From assembly GCA_003216175.1 (NCBI GenBank), contig QCJG01000008.1, forward strand, positions 5,166 to 69,165: a stretch of 64,000 nucleotides of DNA. The letters run 5' to 3'. The position numbers and the translations under genes were made by a program. How positions within the stretch are numbered: the stretch's first letter is position 1; every line of letters begins with the position of its first letter. Of this stretch, positions 1 through 11,360 are shown in pieces. Origin of the DNA: Prochlorococcus sp. AG-409-A10. Its GTDB lineage: Bacteria > Cyanobacteriota > Cyanobacteriia > PCC-6307 > Cyanobiaceae. Below the pieces are notes generated by a model. The model was not told the origin of the DNA and searched no databases. It saw only the letters and a program-made list of their open reading frames with translations.

Positions 1-47
1 TAGTATTCTTTTTATAGAAAGAGGGATGAATTAATTAATAGTTAGAT

Positions 48-503
48 ATGAATCACAAAATAATTCAACTTGGGATAATGCATTTAAATGATTGCATGGA
101 TCTAGACCAAAAATCATTAAATGGTCTTTGGTCAAAATCCCAATGGGAGAAAGAACTCACGGAACCTAAAAGGATTTGTCTAGGAATCTTAGAGTTTGAA
201 ACAAAAAAAATCTTAGGATTATGTTCAGCTTGGTTAGTAATAGACGAATTACACATAACTTTCATAGCTGTTCATCCCATACATCAAAGGAAAGGACTAG
301 GAAAATTTCTCTTTTTAGACTTAATCAAACGTTCAAAACCACTTCAAATAAATCAGATTCATTTAGAAGTTAAAAACAATAACGAGCCAGCTAAAGCTTT
401 TTACAAATCCATGGGGTTCAAAACAGTAGGGATTAGATCTAATTTTTATAAAGATGGAAGTGATGCTCTTATGCTCAATAAAGAAACCCATAACAAAGGA
501 TAA
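48..503 (+). CDS. rimI: Ribosomal-protein-alanine N-acetyltransferase (GNAT)
   Basis: GNAT motifs: ITFIAVHPIHQRKGLG (acetyl-CoA loop), LEVKNNN..A.AFY.SMGF and RSNFYKDGSDA, typical of RimI. Confidence 0.85.
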   Translation: MNHKIIQLGIMHLNDCMDLDQKSLNGLWSKSQWEKELTEPKRICLGILEFETKKILGLCSAWLVIDELHITFIAVHPIHQRKGLGKFLFLDLIKRSKPLQINQIHLEVKNNNEPAKAFYKSMGFKTVGIRSNFYKDGSDALMLNKETHNKG

Positions 504-691
504 ATTCAATAATTAAGTACGGTTTACCGAAATTCAAAAACGAATAAATAGGCGGTTCTTCGCATCAATTAATACATTTAATTATTTTTCAACGAACACT
601 TAATATTTACCCTTTATAAAAAAAAACCTAACCGTACACATTTCACACTTAACCCTGATAAATTAGATGAAATAGTAATGGCTAAAGCTAA

Positions 692-3259
692 ATGTTTGAG
701 AGGTTTACAGAAAAGGCTATAAAAGTGATCATGCTTGCGCAAGAAGAGGCAAGGCGCCTTGGGCATAATTTTGTTGGAACAGAACAAATCCTTTTGGGGC
801 TTATAGGTGAAGGCACTGGAGTAGCAGCTAAAGTTCTTAAATCAATGGGGGTAAATCTTAAGGATTCAAGAGTAGAAGTTGAAAAAATAATTGGAAGAGG
901 CTCAGGTTTTGTTGCTGTTGAAATCCCCTTTACACCAAGAGCCAAAAGAGTACTTGAACTTTCACTAGAAGAAGCCCGTCAACTTGGTCACAATTACATC
1001 GGTACCGAACATCTATTGCTTGGTCTTATTAGAGAAGGTGAAGGAGTAGCTGCAAGAGTTCTTGAAAATTTAGGTGTTGATCTAACAAAAGTCAGAACAC
1101 AAGTTGTAAGAATGCTAGGTGAAACCGCAGAAGTTACTACAGGATCAGGATCGTCTAAAGGATCAGCAAAAACGGCAACACTTGACGAATTTGGAACAAA
1201 CCTTACTCAGTTAGCGAGTGAGTCAAAGCTAGATCCTGTAGTTGGAAGACATTCAGAGATTGACCGTGTAATTCAAATATTGGGAAGAAGAACAAAAAAC
1301 AATCCTGTTTTAATAGGAGAGCCAGGAGTGGGTAAAACCGCAATAGCGGAAGGACTCGCTCAGAGAATTCAACAAGGAAATATACCTGACATACTTGAAG
1401 AAAAAAGAGTATTAACTCTTGATATTGGTTTACTAGTAGCTGGAACTAAATATAGAGGAGAATTTGAAGAAAGACTAAAAAAGATAATGGAAGAAATTAA
1501 ATCTGCTGGAAACGTTATTTTAGTTATTGATGAGGTTCACACATTAATTGGAGCAGGTGCTGCTGAAGGGGCAATTGACGCTGCAAACATATTAAAACCT
1601 GCTTTAGCAAGAGGAGAACTTCAATGTATTGGTGCTACTACTTTAGATGAGTATCGCAAGCATATTGAAAGAGATGCTGCATTAGAGAGAAGATTTCAAC
1701 CTGTAATGATTGGAGAACCTTCAATCAAAGATACAATCGAAATACTTAAAGGATTAAGAGAGAGATATGAGCAACATCACAGATTGAAGATTACTGATGA
1801 AGCTCTAGACGCTGCTGCGAATCTTGGAGATAGGTATATATCAGATCGTTTTTTACCTGACAAAGCTATAGATCTAATAGACGAGGCAGGGAGCCGAGTA
1901 AGATTACTAAATTCCAAATTGCCACCAGAGGCAAAAGAAGTTGACAAAGAATTAAGGAAGATACAAAAAAGTAAAGAAGAAGCAGTCAGAGATCAAAACT
2001 TCACCCAAGCTGGAGAACTTAGAGAAAAGGAAGTTGAACTTAGAGATAAAATTAGAAATCTTTTGCAAAATATAAGACAAAAAACAGCGCCAAATGAAAA
2101 TTCTGATCCAAGCAATATTCCAGAAAAAAAGAATGAAACTTCTGATCAAGTAGTTGATACATCTAATGATCTAAAAGTTTCTCAACCTATAGTTAATGAA
2201 GAAGATATTGCTCATATTGTTGCCTCATGGACTGGAGTTCCTGTCCAGAAATTAACCGAAAGCGAATCAGTCAAACTTCTAAATATGGAAGACACATTGC
2301 ATCAAAGACTCATTGGTCAAGACGAAGCTGTCAAAGCTGTTTCAAAAGCAATTAGGAGAGCAAGAGTAGGTCTTAAAAATCCAAACAGACCTATTGCTAG
2401 CTTTATTTTTTCTGGTCCAACGGGAGTTGGAAAAACTGAACTTACCAAAGCTTTAGCGGCCTATTTCTTTGGTAGTGAAGAAGCAATGATTCGTTTAGAT
2501 ATGTCTGAATTCATGGAAAGACATACTGTTAGTAAATTAATAGGTTCTCCTCCTGGCTACGTAGGTTTCAATGAAGGTGGACAACTAACAGAAGCTGTGA
2601 GGAGAAGACCCTATACAGTCGTTCTGTTCGATGAAATAGAAAAAGCTCATCCAGATGTGTTTAATCTTCTCCTTCAATTACTAGAGGAAGGAAGATTAAC
2701 CGATTCAAAAGGGAGAACTGTTGATTTCAAAAATACTTTAATAATAATGACTTCTAATATTGGATCTAAAGTTATAGAAAAAGGTGGCGGAGGATTGGGA
2801 TTTGAATTCTCAGGTGAGAGTTTAGAAGATACTCAATATAATCGAATAAAATCATTAGTAAATGAGGAATTAAAGCAATATTTCCGCCCTGAATTTCTCA
2901 ATAGATTAGATGAAATAATTGTATTTAGACAACTCTCTAGGAACGAAGTGAAAGACATCGCCGAAATAATGTTAAAAGAAGTATTCTTGAGGATAAAAGA
3001 GAAGGGAATATCATTATCGGTATCAGATGATTTCAAAGAAAGATTAGTTGAAGAAGGATACAATCCTTCTTATGGGGCAAGACCTTTAAGAAGAGCGGTA
3101 ATGAGGTTATTGGAAGATAGCCTTGCTGAAGAAGTTTTATCCGGAAGGATAAAAAATGGTGATAAAGCAGAGGTAGATATTGATGAAAGTAAAAAAGTAA
3201 TTGTTAAACATCTTGGTAAAGATACTTCCACGCCAGAATTAGCTAGTGCCGCTGTTTAA
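692..3259 (+). CDS. clpC: ATP-dependent Clp protease ATPase subunit ClpC
   Basis: [32 protein letters not shown]-domain repeats; two AAA+ modules ([16 protein letters not shown]); GARPLRR. Confidence 0.98.
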   Translation: MFERFTEKAIKVIMLAQEEARRLGHNFVGTEQILLGLIGEGTGVAAKVLKSMGVNLKDSRVEVEKIIGRGSGFVAVEIPFTPRAKRVLELSLEEARQLGHNYIGTEHLLLGLIREGEGVAARVLENLGVDLTKVRTQVVRMLGETAEVTTGSGSSKGSAKTATLDEFGTNLTQLASESKLDPVVGRHSEIDRVIQILGRRTKNNPVLIGEPGVGKTAIAEGLAQRIQQGNIPDILEEKRVLTLDIGLLVAGTKYRGEFEERLKKIMEEIKSAGNVILVIDEVHTLIGAGAAEGAIDAANILKPALARGELQCIGATTLDEYRKHIERDAALERRFQPVMIGEPSIKDTIEILKGLRERYEQHHRLKITDEALDAAANLGDRYISDRFLPDKAIDLIDEAGSRVRLLNSKLPPEAKEVDKELRKIQKSKEEAVRDQNFTQAGELREKEVELRDKIRNLLQNIRQKTAPNENSDPSNIPEKKNETSDQVVDTSNDLKVSQPIVNEEDIAHIVASWTGVPVQKLTESESVKLLNMEDTLHQRLIGQDEAVKAVSKAIRRARVGLKNPNRPIASFIFSGPTGVGKTELTKALAAYFFGSEEAMIRLDMSEFMERHTVSKLIGSPPGYVGFNEGGQLTEAVRRRPYTVVLFDEIEKAHPDVFNLLLQLLEEGRLTDSKGRTVDFKNTLIIMTSNIGSKVIEKGGGGLGFEFSGESLEDTQYNRIKSLVNEELKQYFRPEFLNRLDEIIVFRQLSRNEVKDIAEIMLKEVFLRIKEKGISLSVSDDFKERLVEEGYNPSYGARPLRRAVMRLLEDSLAEEVLSGRIKNGDKAEVDIDESKKVIVKHLGKDTSTPELASAAV

Positions 3260-3278
3260 ATTTAAATAGAATAGTTAA

Positions 3279-4400
3279 ATGTCTATAAATAATCACAGTA
3301 TTTCACCTACAAAGGTCGTTAGGGGAAATAGAGCATGGAATAAGTCGTTAGATCTAATAACCAAATTATGCCAAAAGCCTCTGATAATAGGCAGAAGTAA
3401 ATCTACAAAAAAAATAAGGACTTCATTCAAAAAAGATCTTCTTTTACATGGTATTCAATCGGTAGTTTCTCTCGAATTAGATCATGATTGTTGTGAATTA
3501 GATATCCAAAATGCCTATCTAATCTCAAAACAAAACAACTGCGATGGAATAATTGCAGCAGGAGGAGGGAAAGTACTTGACGCTGGAAAATTAATTGCTG
3601 ATTTATTAGGCATCAAATGCATTACTGTGCCATTAAGCGCTTCCACATGTGCAGGATGGACTGCTTTATCTAACATTTATACCCCTGATGGCAAATTCAT
3701 AAAAGATGTAACTTTAAAAAGCTGTCCAAACTTGTTGATCTTTGATCACACAATTGTTAGAGATGCACCACCAAGAACACTTGCAAGTGGAATAGCAGAT
3801 GCTGTTGCGAAATGGTATGAGTCATCCTTAACAAGCAGTACAAGCCAAGACGGCTTTGTACAACAAGCAGTTCAGATGGCTAGGGTTTTACGAGATCAAT
3901 TATTCTTAAACGGCTACCAGGCTTTCCAAGATCCACTAAGCCATTCTTGGGAAATTGTTGCAGAAGGATGTGCTCTAACTGCTGGAATAATTGGAGGGCT
4001 TGGGGGTGCAAAATGCAGAACAGCCGCAGCGCATCCCATTCACAACGGATTAACACAACTTGCATATACAAACAAACCACTGCATGGAGAACTTGTTGGA
4101 TTTGGATTGCTAGTACAACTAGACATAGAAGAGAAAAATTCAAACAGTCAATTACCTAAACAAGCTAAGTCACAACTTATAGATTTCTTCTCTCAACTAA
4201 ATCTTCCTATTTCAATTGAATCTATTTGTCTTAGGAATACGACCCCAAATGAAATAAATAAAGCGTGTAAATTTGCCTGTAATGACAATTCTGATATACA
4301 TCAATTACCTTTCCAAATAAATGAAAAAGATCTTTTCGAATCAATGCAAAGTTTTCAATCCCTCCCTACTAGCTCCAAATTAGGAGTAAATAATACCTAA
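3279..4400 (+). CDS. gldA: Glycerol dehydrogenase-like, iron-containing alcohol dehydrogenase family
   Basis: GGGKVLDAGK, ASTCAGWT, GIADAVAKWYE, AAAHPIHNGLT and HGELV metal-binding His motifs. Confidence 0.8.
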   Translation: MSINNHSISPTKVVRGNRAWNKSLDLITKLCQKPLIIGRSKSTKKIRTSFKKDLLLHGIQSVVSLELDHDCCELDIQNAYLISKQNNCDGIIAAGGGKVLDAGKLIADLLGIKCITVPLSASTCAGWTALSNIYTPDGKFIKDVTLKSCPNLLIFDHTIVRDAPPRTLASGIADAVAKWYESSLTSSTSQDGFVQQAVQMARVLRDQLFLNGYQAFQDPLSHSWEIVAEGCALTAGIIGGLGGAKCRTAAAHPIHNGLTQLAYTNKPLHGELVGFGLLVQLDIEEKNSNSQLPKQAKSQLIDFFSQLNLPISIESICLRNTTPNEINKACKFACNDNSDIHQLPFQINEKDLFESMQSFQSLPTSSKLGVNNT

Positions 4401-4405
4401 GAGAG

Positions 4406-5314
4406 TTGATTCAAGAAGCAAATAAAAATTTAGACAGGACAAATGCTACTAAGGCATACATCAATGAGATAAGAGATCAAATTATTGACATACAAGCAAG
4501 TAATCTTTTTGAAGATCTAAAGTGGATAAAACTAGAAGATATTTCACCCAATAAATCTAATATTTTTCCAACTGTGATAACAGGCAAAGGAGAGAGACTT
4601 CTTCTATTACATGGTTTTGATAGCTGCTTTCTTGAATATAGACGTCTAGCGCCTTTTCTGAAAAAGAATAATAAATTAATCATTCCTGATCTATACGGAT
4701 TTGGCTTTTGTCCTAGATCTAGTGGTAACAAATATGGATTTAAATATTTAATGAAACACCTAAATTCCGTTTTAAAGTATTTCTCAAAGAATCAACCGAT
4801 TGGCGTAATAGGTGCCTCAATGGGCGGGGCTTTAGCTCTAGAACTTGCAAGACAAAACCCAAAGAAAATCAATAAGATACTACTTTTATCACCAGCAGGG
4901 TTAGCAGGCAAAAACCCAAAGATTCCATGGCCATTGAATCATTTAGGGGCCTTTTTCCTTAGTCAACCTTTTGTCCGTAAGGGCTTGTGTAGACAGGCAT
5001 TCGCGGACCCAAAAAATAGTGTTGGACCTGCAGAAGAGCAAATCGCGTCAATACATTTAAAAGTTCCTGGTTGGCAATCATCTTTAGCAGATTTTGCGGC
5101 AGATGGTGGTGTTTCAGGCTGCGGACTCCCTAGACCAACTCAACCTCTCAAAATTATTATAGGAAAATATGACAGAATTATTCCTAAAAACGAAAAGGAA
5201 GAAACCAACACAACCTATAACTCCAACATAGAAATAGCAACTAATTCAGGACATCTTCCACATTTAGAAGAGCCCAAATTAGTTGCTAAGGCTTGGGAAA
5301 ATTTTAAAAAATGA
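4406..5314 (+). CDS. Alpha/beta fold hydrolase
   Basis: LLHGFDS oxyanion region, GASMGG nucleophile elbow, GHLPHLE catalytic His. Confidence 0.85.
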   Translation: MIQEANKNLDRTNATKAYINEIRDQIIDIQASNLFEDLKWIKLEDISPNKSNIFPTVITGKGERLLLLHGFDSCFLEYRRLAPFLKKNNKLIIPDLYGFGFCPRSSGNKYGFKYLMKHLNSVLKYFSKNQPIGVIGASMGGALALELARQNPKKINKILLLSPAGLAGKNPKIPWPLNHLGAFFLSQPFVRKGLCRQAFADPKNSVGPAEEQIASIHLKVPGWQSSLADFAADGGVSGCGLPRPTQPLKIIIGKYDRIIPKNEKEETNTTYNSNIEIATNSGHLPHLEEPKLVAKAWENFKK

Positions 5315-5948
5315 AATGATAGCAAAGCGACATAAGGAGACAGGGATTCTTGCTAAATTTTTAGAGCAAGGTGTAAGGATGTTACTTATAAAAGAGTGCA
5401 AAAAAATTAACAATATTAAGATAGGTATTATCTCAAGTTCCACTCAAATCATTAAAGGCGAAATACAAAAAATCAATATAACTGCTAAAGATATAAATTA
5501 CAAAGAGCTATTATTCGACGAATTCGAGTTAGAAGCTAATCATTTAAAAATTAATTTTAAAATAACAACTAAAGAATTATATTTTAAAAATGATCCTATA
5601 GTAAAGTTCAAAATATCATTATCTCAAAATTCACTAAAAAAAATTTTATTATCTAACAATTGGAATTATATTGGGAATAGGATAAGCAAGGAAATTTTAA
5701 ATCAAGATAAATTAGAAGATATAAAAATAAAGAATGATAAATTATTAATTAAAACTTCTGAAGAGAGTAATACTATTAACAAGTTAGAACAGATTCACAT
5801 CAAAGTCCATGAAGGCAACATCTATTTAAAAAATAGAACCTATAAAAAGACTATTAAAATACCGTTTGAAGATAAAATATATATAGAAAATGTGAATATA
5901 GTAAATGATTTAATTAATGTTTTTATAACTTCATCTATTAATTTCTAA
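5283..5948 (+). CDS. DUF2993/LmeA-like conserved protein; true start probably the ATG near 5317
   Basis: Long ORF co-oriented after the hydrolase; recalled similarity to cyanobacterial DUF2993 (QIIKGEIQKINITAKDINY). Confidence 0.55.
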   Translation: MLRLGKILKNEMIAKRHKETGILAKFLEQGVRMLLIKECKKINNIKIGIISSSTQIIKGEIQKINITAKDINYKELLFDEFELEANHLKINFKITTKELYFKNDPIVKFKISLSQNSLKKILLSNNWNYIGNRISKEILNQDKLEDIKIKNDKLLIKTSEESNTINKLEQIHIKVHEGNIYLKNRTYKKTIKIPFEDKIYIENVNIVNDLINVFITSSINF

Positions 5949-5953
5949 TTATA

Positions 5954-6841
5954 TCAGGAAATAATTAATGGTGACAGTAAAATTACTATATAAAATACAA
6001 TTGCAGGAGTAAATAAATAACTATCTATTCTATCAAGAATACCTCCATGACCAGGTAAAAAATTACCTGAGTCTTTTAATCCTGCATTCCTCTTCAGCAT
6101 CGATTCTGTAAGGTCTCCAACCAGAGAAAATAATGCCACTAAAACTCCAATAAATATTCCAATAAATATTCCAAATTCCCATCTAAGTAAATATCCAAAA
6201 GAGGCTCCTATTAATATTGAAAATAATAATCCACCAATAACGCCCTCAATAGTTTTAGAGGGAGATATTGGGGATAGAGAGTGACTGCCAAACTTCTTAC
6301 CTACAAAATAAGATCCTATATCAAATCCAACTATCATAAAACATGTAGAAAAAGTTATTAGCATCCCAAAAGTAATAGATGACGACCAATCAATGGGGAT
6401 CAAATTGAAGTTATTTGTTAAATCTATTTCTAAAAGATTTCTTAACTTAATCCAATGACTTGGCAAAAAGCCTAAATAAAACAACCCGAATATTGATGCT
6501 GCCACATCCGCAATAGAACCAGTAACAGGTTGAAGCAATAACCAACCACAAATAGCAGCACCAGATAATGGTAAAATAGCATCTGATATTTCAATTGAGA
6601 CATATCCTTGAGAAGATAATTGAGTGAAGAAAAGTAATATTTGACAAGCCAACAATGTTGTCTTCGTAGCTGGTCTTATCCCAGTAAATTCTGCCATCCG
6701 GAAGAACTCTAGAAGAGCTAAATGAACAATTAAACTTAATGCAATATAAAACCACCAATCACCAAGGTAGACTATTAAAAAACCAAAAGCTCCAATTAAA
6801 AGTCCACTTAATAATCTCTTTTTCGAAACAGCTAAAAACAT
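5954..6841 (-). CDS. cdsA: Phosphatidate cytidylyltransferase
   Basis: Multiple TM segments; SPISPSKTIEG and GDLTESMLKRNAGLKDSGNFLPGHGGILDRIDS signature. Confidence 0.95.
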   Translation of the reverse strand: MFLAVSKKRLLSGLLIGAFGFLIVYLGDWWFYIALSLIVHLALLEFFRMAEFTGIRPATKTTLLACQILLFFTQLSSQGYVSIEISDAILPLSGAAICGWLLLQPVTGSIADVAASIFGLFYLGFLPSHWIKLRNLLEIDLTNNFNLIPIDWSSSITFGMLITFSTCFMIVGFDIGSYFVGKKFGSHSLSPISPSKTIEGVIGGLLFSILIGASFGYLLRWEFGIFIGIFIGVLVALFSLVGDLTESMLKRNAGLKDSGNFLPGHGGILDRIDSYLFTPAIVFYIVILLSPLIIS

Positions 6842-6939
6842 TAAATCAGGTAAAAGAATATAGCTTTCTTTTATAAAACATATTTAAAAGGGGTTGTTAA
6901 TAATAAATTTTATTATAGCGGATGATTAGATATTAATAA

Positions 6940-8334
6940 TCAAGAAATAACTCTTACAAAATCAGAAATTTGTTCTGGCCAAAAGCATTTTTGCTCTATC
7001 AACCAATCAACACGAGCTTGGTCCAAAATCTCACCAGGAATCAAAAAAGGTATTCCAGGAGGATAAGGACAAACCATCTCTGCAGAAATTCTTCCAATGG
7101 ATTCCTGAAGGTTTACCTTCTCAAAATCCGACCCCCAAGAATAAGAACATGGCTTGTATGGCTTAGAAACGATACTGAAAGGTGGCCTTTTGAAAAAAAA
7201 AGATTTTTGCTGGCCAAAATTTGTAAGAATTTCATTCCAAATTCTCACAAATTTTTTCCCAATCTTTTTGTGAGATGAGAGTCCAAGACAAAAAGTTAGC
7301 GTTCCTGGCTCAGCTAATTCACCAATTATTCTTTTTTTTATAAATCTTTTATCAACCTCAATACCACTTAAACCAAATTTTGACGTGTGAAGAATGATTC
7401 TTAGTGGATCACTGTTTTTAAGAAGAGGAACTTCTTTATTAATCAAAAAATCTTTTAATAGCTCTGCCTCTTCTATACGGGATTTCAATCTCTTTAATCC
7501 TTTAGATTCAATAAGTTCCTTTATTGAACTTTCACAAGAAGCTAACAACAAAGAACTAGGGCTTGAAGTTTGAAGCAACTCAATACTTCTCTCAATTTTA
7601 AATGGATCAACCTTGTCACCTTGCGACCATAAAACTGCGGATTGAACTAATCCTGGTGCAGATTTATGGAGAGAATGAACAACCAAATCTGCTCCAAAAG
7701 AGATCGCTGACCTAGGTAAATCAGGTCTTATTTGACTGATTAGATAAGCACCATGAGCCTCATCGACCAAAACTGGTAAAGAATGTGAATGAATCTCCTT
7801 AATCAGAGATTCCATATCTGCCGAATATCCTTGATATGTAGGGTTAACTAAAACTACCGCGGCTATATCCTCTTCAATTTCTTTTGCTTTTTTAAAAACC
7901 CTCTGAAGCCATTTTTTATCAAAAACAGAGGCATGGCCTCTATCAGTCAAATAAGGAACATCAAAAAGCAATGGTATTAAACCTCCAAACAAGCATGCTT
8001 GAATACAACTTTTATGAATATTCCTTGGCATTAGAACAGCTTGACCAGGACGAGCAAGAGCAAGCAATGAACTTTGAAGTAAGCCCGTCGCACCGTTAAC
8101 CCCATACCAACATCTATCAACCCCTACCTCATAAGCAGAAGACTTTTGACTTTCTGCTATTGCACCTTCACTAATCAACGGCCCCCCTATCTCAAAAAGC
8201 TCAGGCAAATCCCAAATACCTGGTCTTAGCTTAAGTAGTTTTTTTATCTTGCATGGGAGAGCATTTCCTCTCCCATGAGCTGGCAAAAAAAGATTTTCGC
8301 TTCTATTAACAGAAAGCAACTTTAAAAGCCCCAT
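6940..8334 (-). CDS. Orn/Lys/Arg decarboxylase family, PLP-dependent
   Basis: PAHGRG, VNGAT, RNIHKS, VDEAHG, HSLHKS (PLP lysine), TSSPS, CPYPPGIP. Confidence 0.9.
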   Translation of the reverse strand: MGLLKLLSVNRSENLFLPAHGRGNALPCKIKKLLKLRPGIWDLPELFEIGGPLISEGAIAESQKSSAYEVGVDRCWYGVNGATGLLQSSLLALARPGQAVLMPRNIHKSCIQACLFGGLIPLLFDVPYLTDRGHASVFDKKWLQRVFKKAKEIEEDIAAVVLVNPTYQGYSADMESLIKEIHSHSLPVLVDEAHGAYLISQIRPDLPRSAISFGADLVVHSLHKSAPGLVQSAVLWSQGDKVDPFKIERSIELLQTSSPSSLLLASCESSIKELIESKGLKRLKSRIEEAELLKDFLINKEVPLLKNSDPLRIILHTSKFGLSGIEVDKRFIKKRIIGELAEPGTLTFCLGLSSHKKIGKKFVRIWNEILTNFGQQKSFFFKRPPFSIVSKPYKPCSYSWGSDFEKVNLQESIGRISAEMVCPYPPGIPFLIPGEILDQARVDWLIEQKCFWPEQISDFVRVIS

Positions 8335-8434
8335 AGAATAAAAGGATTACCTAAAGTCAATGTAGTTAAATTAATCAGTAAGCAAATCAAAAGAACTTCT
8401 TAAGGGTGTAACTAAAAGAACTTATGATGTAGTC

Positions 8435-10081
8435 ATGAAATACGATTTCAAAAGAGATTTAATCTGGTTAATTTCAAGGCCATGGATATTGTTGCCTAGA
8501 TTTATTCAGATAGTTGGCGCAATTTCACTTCTACTAGCAAGACTTATTTTTCAAGGTTCAAGTAATGACGACAACATTCAAAAGAGTCTAGCTAAATTTC
8601 TACTTAAGACTCTTATTGGCCTGGGCCCTTGTTTCATAAAAGTAGGGCAAGCACTTTCAACCAGGCCAGATCTAATAAGAAAAGATTGGCTGGAAGAATT
8701 AACAAACCTACAAGATAATTTACCCTCATTTTCTCATGAAAAAGCACTTGAAATTATTGAAAATGAGCTAGGGAGACCAGCAAATGAACTTTTTGAAGAA
8801 TTCCCATCTAAACCAATAGCCTCAGCTAGTCTTGGGCAGGTTTACAAAGCAAAGTTAACTAGCACTTACTGGGTAGCAGTAAAAGTTCAGAGACCTAGTC
8901 TGATATTTAATATAAGAAGAGACATCGTAATCATAAAGATACTTGGAGTTCTAAGTGCTCCAATACTTCCACTAAACCTTGGTTTCGGATTAGGTGAAAT
9001 TATAGATGAGTTTGGTAGAAGTTTATTTGACGAAGTTGATTATAAAAAAGAAGCAAATAATGCTGAAAAATTTTCTAACCTCTTCCACAACAATAAGTCA
9101 GTAACAATCCCAAAAGTAGAAAGACATTTATCATCTGTAAAGGTATTAACCACAAGCTGGATTGATGGTACAAAATTAAAAGATAGAAATGAATTAGTTC
9201 TAAATAATTTAAATCCTTCAAAAATTATTAGGACTGGTGTTATCAGTGGAATCCAGCAATTATTAGAATTTGGATACTTTCATGCAGATCCTCATCCAGG
9301 AAATATGTTTGCTCTTGAAGGTAATAATGGTGATTTAGGAAATATAGCTTATGTAGACTTCGGAATGATGGACTCAATCTCAGAGGAAGATAGATTAACT
9401 CTTACTGGTGCAATTGTTCACCTGATCAATAATGATTTTTATGCTGTTGCAAAAGATTTTCAAAAGCTAGGTTTTTTAAATAATGAACAAGACCTTAAGC
9501 CCCTAATACCTGTATTAAAAGAAGTACTTGGAAGTGCAATTGGTAAAGATGTTGCATCATTTAATTTTAAAGAAATTACCAATAAATTCTCTGAATTAAT
9601 GTTTGATTATCCTTTTAGAGTGCCTGCAAGATTTGCTTTAATTATCAGAGCAGTAATTAGCCAAGAAGGACTTGCTCTTCGCTTAGATCCTGATTTTAAA
9701 ATTATAGATTTAGCCTATCCTTATGTAGCCAAAAGATTACTAACTTCAGATACTAGTGAGATGATAAATATATTATTAGACGTTATATTTGATCAGAATG
9801 GGCATATAAGAGTTGAGCGTATAGAGAATCTATTTGATGTACTAGTACAAGACTCAAGCACACCTGCAAAAGAACTAATTCCAGTAGCAGGTGCTGGGTT
9901 AAAGCTTTTAACTAGCTCTAGAGGATCATTAGTAAGGAAAAACTTATTAATGAGTATAATCAAAGATGAAAAAATAGATACAAAAGACATGAAGCAATTA
10001 ATCAAGTTAGTACGAAAAACATTTAACCCTATAAGAATGGCTTCAGGTCTAACGAAACGAAACAAAACACAAGTTGCCTAG
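8435..10081 (+). CDS. ABC1/AarF/UbiB atypical kinase
   Basis: LGPCFIKVGQALSTRPDL, PIASASLGQVY, VAVKVQRP, FHADPHPGN, DFGMM. Confidence 0.93.
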   Translation: MKYDFKRDLIWLISRPWILLPRFIQIVGAISLLLARLIFQGSSNDDNIQKSLAKFLLKTLIGLGPCFIKVGQALSTRPDLIRKDWLEELTNLQDNLPSFSHEKALEIIENELGRPANELFEEFPSKPIASASLGQVYKAKLTSTYWVAVKVQRPSLIFNIRRDIVIIKILGVLSAPILPLNLGFGLGEIIDEFGRSLFDEVDYKKEANNAEKFSNLFHNNKSVTIPKVERHLSSVKVLTTSWIDGTKLKDRNELVLNNLNPSKIIRTGVISGIQQLLEFGYFHADPHPGNMFALEGNNGDLGNIAYVDFGMMDSISEEDRLTLTGAIVHLINNDFYAVAKDFQKLGFLNNEQDLKPLIPVLKEVLGSAIGKDVASFNFKEITNKFSELMFDYPFRVPARFALIIRAVISQEGLALRLDPDFKIIDLAYPYVAKRLLTSDTSEMINILLDVIFDQNGHIRVERIENLFDVLVQDSSTPAKELIPVAGAGLKLLTSSRGSLVRKNLLMSIIKDEKIDTKDMKQLIKLVRKTFNPIRMASGLTKRNKTQVA

Positions 10082-10118
10082 ATAATTTTTATAAAATATA
10101 ATAATAAAAACTGAAACC

Positions 10119-10568
10119 ATGATCAATACAAATATTAAAAATATAATCACATTTATTGTGGTTAATTTAAATGAACCAAATATAGATGAATTTATTTCCG
10201 AATATCAACAAATAAAACCTATTGAAGATCCTGTTTTTTGGCTATCTTGTGGCGCATTTATCTGCGTAATGTCTGGATTGATATTTGCTGACATAATGAA
10301 ATCAAAACTAAATAATTGGACATCTAAAAAGATATCGCCTATACCACTAGAGAATCCTAGAACAATTTCAAGTTGGTTTTCATTCTTCACAGGTCTAACA
10401 ATTATTTTCGTAAGTGCCTTAAGCATCATAAACTTTTCTATTATTAAATCTCTAATATTTTCTTCAATAATCTCAATGATTTTTGGTATAAGTATGTGGA
10501 AAGCTATTAAAGATTTATTAATCCAAGTAGACGCTGGAACAGTTAAAGAAATAGACGAATTTTTCTAA
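10119..10568 (+). CDS. Conserved membrane protein with about 3 TM segments
   Basis: 150-codon ORF with three hydrophobic stretches, co-oriented between the ABC1 kinase and the pseudouridine synthase. Confidence 0.65.
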   Translation: MINTNIKNIITFIVVNLNEPNIDEFISEYQQIKPIEDPVFWLSCGAFICVMSGLIFADIMKSKLNNWTSKKISPIPLENPRTISSWFSFFTGLTIIFVSALSIINFSIIKSLIFSSIISMIFGISMWKAIKDLLIQVDAGTVKEIDEFF

Positions 10569-10641
10569 TGAAAATAAACTATATATATATTCATTTTTAT
10601 TTATCAAGCTAAAATAAAAATGAATATATAGTCTAGGAATA

Positions 10642-11355
10642 ATGTCACTTAACAGATTACAAAAAATAATATCTGAGTCTGGTCTTTTATCAAGACGGAA
10701 AGCTGACTTGCTAATAAAACAAGGCAAAGTAACATTGAATGGTAGACGAGCTATTCTGGGAGAGAAGGCTGATCCTCTCTCTGATCATATTTTAATTGAC
10801 GGTAAAGATTTACCTAAGAAGTTAAATCATAAAGTTTTTCTATTAAATAAACCCTATGGATTCATATCTAGCTGCAATGATAATCATGGTAGGAAAACAA
10901 TTTTAAGTTTAATTCCATCACACTTACGTCATGGAATGCATCCTGTTGGAAGGTTGGATTTTGATAGCAGAGGAGCCATACTTTTGACCAATAATGGAGA
11001 CTTAACTCTAAGACTTACACATCCCAAGTACTCCCATACAAAAACATATCTAGTTTGGCTAAGTGGTCAGCCAAGTCAATCAATATTAGATAATTGGAGA
11101 AGAGGCATCTTACTTGACGGAAAAATTACAAGACCAGCAAGAATAGATGTTTTAGATAAAGTGAATCGAAAGACTCTTATAAAAGTAATTTTAAAAGAAG
11201 GTCGCAATCGCCAAATCCGGAGAATAGCAACTCTTATTGGACATCCAGTTCAAGATTTGCAAAGAATATCGATCTCAAATATAAACTTAAATGGACTACA
11301 AGAAGGAAAATGGCGAGAGCTTAAGAAAAAGGAATGGATTTCAATTATTAATTAG
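10642..11355 (+). CDS. rluB: rRNA pseudouridine synthase, RsuA/RluB family
   Basis: S4 domain (RLQKIISESGLLSRRKAD), VGRLDFDSRG catalytic Asp, EGRNRQIRR. Confidence 0.88.
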   Translation: MSLNRLQKIISESGLLSRRKADLLIKQGKVTLNGRRAILGEKADPLSDHILIDGKDLPKKLNHKVFLLNKPYGFISSCNDNHGRKTILSLIPSHLRHGMHPVGRLDFDSRGAILLTNNGDLTLRLTHPKYSHTKTYLVWLSGQPSQSILDNWRRGILLDGKITRPARIDVLDKVNRKTLIKVILKEGRNRQIRRIATLIGHPVQDLQRISISNINLNGLQEGKWRELKKKEWISIIN

Positions 11356-11360
11356 AATAT

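Noticed and set aside
517-637. GTACGGTT ... AACCGTAC 8-bp inverted pair upstream of clpC
   Set aside because: Arms are about 105 bp apart and only 8 bp long; no matching known operator (not CIRCE, CtsR or NtcA spacing).
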